Shown: positions 32,983 to 34,012 of the stretch, piece after piece
Position numbering within the stretch: position 1 is the stretch's first letter
Layout of the letters: every line of letters starts with the position of its first letter
Assembly (NCBI RefSeq): GCF_006345805.1
Contig: NW_021831943.1
Coordinates: 1 to 34,012 of the forward strand
From: Octopus sinensis
Taxonomy: Eukaryota
DNA: 34,012 nt
Reading direction: 5' to 3'
Made by a program: the position numbers and the translations under genes
The notes under the pieces: model-generated
Databases searched by the model: none
Seen by the model: the letters and a program-made list of their open reading frames with translations, nothing else
What the model was told of the DNA's origin: nothing

Positions 32983-34012
32983 TACCTTTATATTTATATC
33001 ATATAACCTCCTCTAGCCAAATAAACCTAGTTTAAATTAGCACTAATCAAAAATGTTAGATGTATTCCTTTGATAGTGTTCCAGAAAATGAGTGAATGAC
33101 GCGTGTTCTGATATTGTAGCAGGGACAAAAGGCCTATAATAAAGTATAAGTTACTATTTCTACAGACGGACTCACACGGGCAACAGCTAGATTCTTACAC
33201 CGATATAATTAACTTAGTTTCTTATCTATAGAATTCCAATCATTGAGCAGTTAGAGTGCCATGACATATTTATAGCAACAGTAATTGGCAGAAAGAAATA
33301 TATTAACTTGCTTTATGTCGCAGATTCATCCAGTGGTGCTAAATGCGAATCTTTAATTTCAGCTTGAAAAATTGCAATTAATCGTGATATATTTTTGAAA
33401 TTAATAGAATAACGAATAGTTGGGTGAGAAGCGAAAGAAAAGCTATCCCCGGGAGGTAAAAGAAATATGCTTTCTCTGATCTAAACTAAGATATATATTC
33501 TTCTCCCTTGATGAGCCTTGACGCAATTGCAAGCCTTAAACTGAAGTAAATTAGGATGGAATCACAGCCGCTATAAACGACGCTGTTTCTAGTTATCTTT
33601 GAAGACCACATCAGAAAAATAACATTCTTTTCATGACCATATTTTCATGCCAAAATATAATCAAATAACTATATAAACATAATAATTTCTTTCTTCATTT
33701 AGATCAAAGCGGATGTTTAAAAGGTAGCTGAATGCCTTGGATATTCTGTACTTCGCGTTGCATTTCTCGTGATTGCAAGCAGTATTATTAACATGTAGTA
33801 GTATCTCATTACAAACAAACGGTGTTTAGATGTTTATTTTCACCCCGAGAAGGTCTGGAAAGAAAGAAAGAAGAATTTAGAACCTACCTCGCTTAATAGT
33901 CATTGAAAATCGAATTTCTTTGATTGAGAAATCTGTGCTAATAAAATGTTTATTAGACTTTTATATACCCAAAGAGTTAGGACGGAACAGAAAGTATATG
34001 CCCAGTATTATA

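Overview
Eukaryotic, very AT-rich, microsatellite- and retroposon-dense genomic DNA. The repeat families match what I recall of Octopus / coleoid cephalopod genomes (inference from memory, not a database result). No intact protein-coding gene, tRNA, rRNA or CRISPR array can be supported, and almost all listed ORFs are microsatellite artefacts. Supported content: four kinds of tRNA-derived SINE (family labels A-E are mine); truncated LINEs of four types (CR1-like RT 19285-20460, Tx1/L1-like 3' end 25845-26304, BovB-like RTE 27553-27793, a second RTE remnant 11922-12066); a canonical non-autonomous Helitron; two copies of a TIR element carrying TTAGGG repeats; and Penelope-type terminal repeats with minimal hammerhead-ribozyme folds. 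Most interesting: (i) a four-copy repeat with a non-canonical hammerhead-like core (CUGU-N-GA) plus a separate canonical-core one; (ii) two SINE/LINE shared-3'-tail pairs visible inside this one window, one involving a Tx1-like LINE sitting in (GATA)n; (iii) one SINE family present as head-to-tail multimers at all three well-preserved loci; (iv) two local fold-back hairpins (168-bp and 61-bp arms); (v) an RFX X-box-like cluster next to a triplicated non-TE module. A phase-compatible chain of minus-strand exon candidates at 20590-23149 is the only host-gene candidate and is low confidence.
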